Below, in pieces: positions 39,901-45,900 of a stretch of 64,000 nucleotides of DNA. Every line of letters starts with the position of its first letter. The stretch's first letter is position 1. The notes beneath the pieces are model-generated. The model saw only the letters and a list, made by a program, of their open reading frames with translations, was not told the origin of the DNA and did not search any database. The stretch covers positions 50-64,049 of the forward strand of contig JAUSOY010000056.1 in the NCBI GenBank assembly GCA_030656615.1, given 5' to 3'. A program made the translations under genes and the position numbers. This stretch comes from Bacteroidales bacterium (GTDB lineage: Bacteria; Bacteroidota; Bacteroidia; Bacteroidales; TTA-H9).

Positions 39901-42900
39901 TAAATGGGTGCATTGCTTCAGTAAGCAAAAATGTTTTTGTGGATCAGAATCCCGTTGTTGGATTTAGCTGGAGCAATCCATGTAATTCGAATGTGGTGAG
40001 TTTTACAGATACATCACTATCAGTCACTTCTCCTATTTCTACGTGGTTATGGGATTTTGGTGATGGAAGTTTCTCCTCCAATCAAAATCCGGTTCATATT
40101 TATGCAGTCAATCAAACCTATACGATTTCACTGACTGTATCAACTTCTTCGGGTTGCAATTCTACGGTTTCTCACAGCATTAATGTCAGCAGTCCGTATA
40201 CCGTTGATTTTGTTTGGGACACCGTTTGTAAAGGCGAACCAACACATTTTACTCCAATTATTCCTACAGGACTGACTGCCAGTACCTATTCATGGAATTT
40301 TGGTGACGGAAACAGCAGTACTACTGCCAATCCAACCCATCAGTATACACTAGCTGGTTTGTATAACGTAATGATGAGCATTACTGATGCTTCGGGTTGT
40401 TCATATGGAAAGAACCATATTGTAAGTGTTAATGCATTACCTCAACCTGTATTTACATATCAGGCCAGTTGCGTCGACTCCAGCGTTCAGTTTACCGATT
40501 TAACCTCTGGATCTGTGAGTGCACGTTTGTGGCGTTTTGGTGATGGAAACACATCTACACTACAAAACCCAATCCATTCGTACGCATTAGCCGGGACTTA
40601 TCAGGTTTGGCTTATTATAACAAATTCATCGGGATGTTCTGATTCAAGCATGCAAACGATAGTCGTATTTGAACGGCCGGTTGCTGCTTTTACGGCCAGT
40701 ACAGCCTGTCTAAATACAGCAACTCAATTCAACGATTTGTCAACAACTGCCAATGGAACACTTACAGGATGGCAATGGGACTTTGGCGATGGTAATTCTT
40801 CCACGGCTCAAAATCCTTCGCATACCTACACTACTTCGGGAGCAAAAATCGTACGATTGATCGTTTTCAACAGCAGTGGATGTTCTGATACCAGTATTCA
40901 AACAATACAAATAAATACGCTTCCGCTTGCCGGATTCAACAATACTACGGCATGTTATGGCCAGGCGACACAATTTACCGACACATCAAGTTCGATCAAT
41001 GGAGCAATTACAAGCTGGTTCTGGAATTTTGGAAATGGCAACTCATCCACCACACAAAACCCACAATTCACATACAACACAGCCGGAAACTTTACGGTTA
41101 GTCTAAGCATACAGGATATCAGCGGTTGTATAGCCATTACTTCGAAAACCATTACTGTAAATCCATTGCCCATCTGCAATTTCACATTCTCGAATAATGA
41201 TTGTGGCAATAGTCCCGTGCAATTTACAGATATTTCAAACGGTAATGGAAGTGCTATTTCTGGTTGGTTATGGAATTTTGGAGATGGAAATACTTCGGCA
41301 CTTCAAAACCCCGCACATCAATACGCGTCTACAGGAAGCTATTCTGTAAGTCTTACAGTAACAAATGCCAATACTTGTACCGCCACTTCCATCAAAACCG
41401 TATTTATTCAGGAAGCTCCTATTGCAGCATTTAGTGTAAGCAACACTTGCACAAACCAGATTGCTCAATTTACAGATCAATCCACTACAACCTTAGGAAA
41501 TATCATTCAGTGGAACTGGAATTTTGGGGATCCTGGATCAGGACTTTATAACACAAGCATTTTACAGAATCCAACGCATTCGTTTACCGGCCCTGGAACA
41601 TACAATGTCAGGCTGATTATTACCAGCAGCACTCTATGCAAAGACACGCTGATACTTCCTGTAAGCATTTTACAAGGCCCACTGGCTGCGTTTAATTTCA
41701 CTTCGGCATGTGCCGGAGACACAACGTACTTTACAGATATTTCTACTGGAAATGCAGCAGCTGTTGTTTCCTGGTCATGGAATTTTGGAGATGGTAATTC
41801 ATCAATACAACAGAATCCAAAACACAACTATGCCAATTCAGGAAATTTCTCTGTAAATCTTGTAGTCACAGATGCCAACGGTTGTACATCCCTTAAAAAT
41901 CGTCAGGTAGTTGTTAATCCATTGCCTTCACCTTTATTCCAGTTCTCGGGAAATTGTGTTGGTCAACCTACTTTCTTCAATGATTTTTCAAATGGTTCGG
42001 GTGCTTCTATTACCACCTGGGGTTGGGATTTTGGAGATCCATCTTCCGGTGTATTGAATTATTCAAGCATTCAAAACCCATCCCATATCTTTAATATTGC
42101 CGGAACTTACACCGTAACACTGACCATTATCAATTCCAATGGGTGTCAAAACATGACTACCCAAACGGTCGTGATTATCCCAGCACCCATTGCTAATTTC
42201 ACCTTTGCATCCTCTTGTGCAGGTCAACCAGTTAATTTCACCAACACATCAACCTCCAATGGCGGAACGCTGAATTCATTTTTCTGGGACTTTGGCGATG
42301 GAAGTATAAGCACCTTGCAGTTCCCGGTACATACTTTCGTTAACTCCGGAATTTATCAGGTGTCTTTAACTGTAAGTAATACAAACGGATGCGTTGCAAA
42401 CGTGGTGAAGCCAGTAACCATTGATCCGGCTCCAACTGTTAATTTTGATTATCTGAGGCCGAACTGTTTTGGTGACACTACTTATTTTGTCAACTTAACC
42501 TCAGCAACATCCGGTTCAGGCCTCACATACTTGTGGAATTTTGGTGACGGGAATTCCTCCACAATAAGAAACCCCAAGCATTTATATACTACTTCTGGAA
42601 CATATCAAGTAAGTCTTGTCGTTCAATCGTCCAATGGCTGTCAAGGAAGTAAAACGAAACCCGTAAAAGTAAATGCTTCGCCCATTTCCGGTTTTGTATA
42701 CACCGCTTTAAATTGCTCTTTGCTGCAATTTACCGGCAATTCATACGATCCGGATACGACCATCACTGCCTGGTACTGGAATTTTGGAGATCCCGGAAGC
42801 GGAATTAACAACACATCTTCACTTCAAAACCCACAACATACCTTTAGTCAAGCGGGAGTATTTAATGTACAGTTAATGTCGGTTAATGCCTACGGATGTT

Positions 42901-45900
42901 CATCAACCATAATTCAGGCTGTTACGATAAATATGCCAGTAGCCGATTTTTCTACAGCCAGCGGAGGTAATTGCATGGGAAATCCTGTACAATTCAACGA
43001 TTTATCTACAGGCTCAGGCTCCACCATTAATCAATGGTTATGGAATTTCGGAGATGGAACAACTTCCACTCAACAGAATCCTACCCATACGTATGTCAAC
43101 GGAGGTAATTATCTTGTAACACTGACGGTTTGGACGGTTTCGGGATGTCAGGGAAGTATCACCAAACCAATGAATATACAGTATGGACCGCAATCCAATT
43201 TTACTTATTCTTATCCCAATTGTCTGGGTGGTCCTGTACAATTCAATGATGTTTCAGTAAGTGCTAGCGGAGTAGCCATCGTTAGTCGTTCTTGGGATTT
43301 TGGCGATGGAACCTTCTCTACTTTATCCAATCCGATTCACACATACAGTTTTGCTTCCACGTATCAGGTGCAGCTGAGTGTAACGGATGCCAATGGTTGC
43401 ACTTCCACTATTTTAAAACCCATCAAGATCTATCCGGGTCCTGATGCACTTTTCTCATACACCATTAATAATTGTACATCCGCACAATTTACAGATCAAT
43501 CGACCGATCCTGATACCACAATTACCGGCTGGCTATGGAATTTTGGAGATCCTACTTCAGGTCCTAATAATATTTCCAGCCTTAAAAATCCGCTTCACCA
43601 ATTCACGTCAGCCTCAACGTATCAGGTTCGATTAATTGCCTATAATGCCTTGGGATGCCAGGATACTACATACCAAACCATTGTTATTAACGCACCGGTA
43701 GCCAACTTTACCGCTACCTCACCCTGTTTGTTAAACCCTGTTCAGTTTACTTCAACCTCGACATCCATCGGAAGTTCGATTGTTAGCTGGAGCTGGCAGT
43801 TTGGCGATGGTGGCACTTCAACGGTACAGAACCCAAGCCATGTTTATCAAAACGCCGGAAATTATCAGGTATCCCTCTTGGTTACCAATGCAGTTGGATG
43901 CCAGGCATCCGTGATAAAAACGGTCGTTATCAAACCCAAGCCTACAGCCAATTTCCAGTTCGACACACCTTGTCGGGGTGATAGTACGCACTTTTACGAT
44001 TTAAGCATGGGCGCAGGAAATGCTACCATTAACACGTGGCTCTGGAGTTTTGGTGATGGAAGCACTTCAACCTTAATAAATCCGGTACATAAATATCTAA
44101 ATGCAGGAATTTATAATGTTTCTCTACAAGTAAATGATGTAAATGGATGCATGGATGATACTTTGATGCAGGTAACTGTTTTTGCTAAACCTTTGGCAAA
44201 CTTCGTTTCCAATACAGTAAACTGTGACACCACGTATTTTACGAATACATCATCCGCCGGAACCGGCGCAAACATTGTCCTTTCACGATGGAATTTTGGT
44301 GATCCGAGCTCGGGTATTTTTAACACATCAACTCAAACGAATTCATGGCATGTGTTTACTTTACCCAATACCTATAATGTACGACTTATCGTAAGCAATA
44401 ATTACGGATGCCGTGATACGATTACAAAACAGGTATTGTACGATCCTTTCCCTCAACCGGATTTTACATTCGATACAGCCTGCAGTGGATATGCTACCAG
44501 TTTCACCGCGCTTAATACGGCACCCAATATCACCGGATATCAGTGGACCTTTGGCGATGGCTTTACGGGTGTTGGTGTAAACCCTCAACATACCTATGTA
44601 AATCCAGGAATATATAATGTAACGCTGGTCATTACCAATTCCGATTTATGCACGAATCACATTACAAAACAGGTTTTGGTAAAAGCCAGTCCGATTGTTA
44701 ATTTTACAGTTAATGGACCTGCCTGTTCAAGTGGTCCTGTGAACTTCACCAATCAATCGACCGGAAACAGTGGTATTATTTCGACATATCTTTGGGATTT
44801 TGGAGATGGAACTACTTCAGCTCTAATTCACCCATCTCATTTGTATACTGCTCCTGGAACATATAATATTACACTAACAACCACCAATTCAAACGGTTGT
44901 TTCACAAGCATCACAAAACCTGTAGTGGTTAATCCGGGTCCAAATGTTGATTTTACCAATGATACTGTATGTCTGGGATTGCCAACTTCATTTGTTAGCC
45001 TTGCAACACCCAATACTCAGGCTTTAAATTACTGGCATTGGAATTTTGGTGATGGCCAAAACCTTAACGGGGTTTTAAATCCAACGCATGTATTTGCCAC
45101 TTCCGGCATTTTCAATGTGACTCATACGGTACGCGATATTGCCGGATGCGAAGCGAGTATAATGATTCCTGTGGAGGTTTATCCTTTACCCCAGGCCGCA
45201 TTTGCAACAAGTGCCGACACCCTTTGTCATCAGGATACCGTTTATTTTGTCGATCAATCGATTGCTCCGGCGGGAATAGCTTCCTGGACCTGGTATTTCG
45301 GTGAACCATCGAGTGGTGCTGCAGATACATCGCATCTTCAAAATCCTGCGCATCGATATGCTGTTCAGGGCACATACTATATTACGCTGATAATAATCGA
45401 TAATAACGGATGCCAGCATCAAACCACTGACAGTGTTGTTATTCAGCCTTTGCCTGTTGTAAACTTCAATTATACCGTTAGTTGTGCAAACGACACGACC
45501 TTCTTTACAGATCTTTCGTATGTTACCGGCGGGCAAATCGTTTCCTATTTATGGGATTTTGGGGATGGAACTACTTCCACGCTTAAAAATCCATTCCATA
45601 TTTATGGAGCAATAACCAATGACACCATTTATCAGGTTACTTTAACCGCAACATCAAATCTTGGTTGTTCGCAGATTAAAATCCGACCTGTTCCCGTTTG
45701 GGCTCCACCTATGGCTGATTTCAGTTTCCAAAGTGCCTGCCAGGGAAGTATGATAAACTTCACCAATCTTTCCACTTCGCCTTCAGGATTTATTGTAAGC
45801 TGGGCCTGGGACTTTGGTGATTCAACCTATTCCGGTTTGCCCAATCCATTCCATTTATACGATACAGCCGGAACCTACAACGTTCAATTGATTGTTGCAT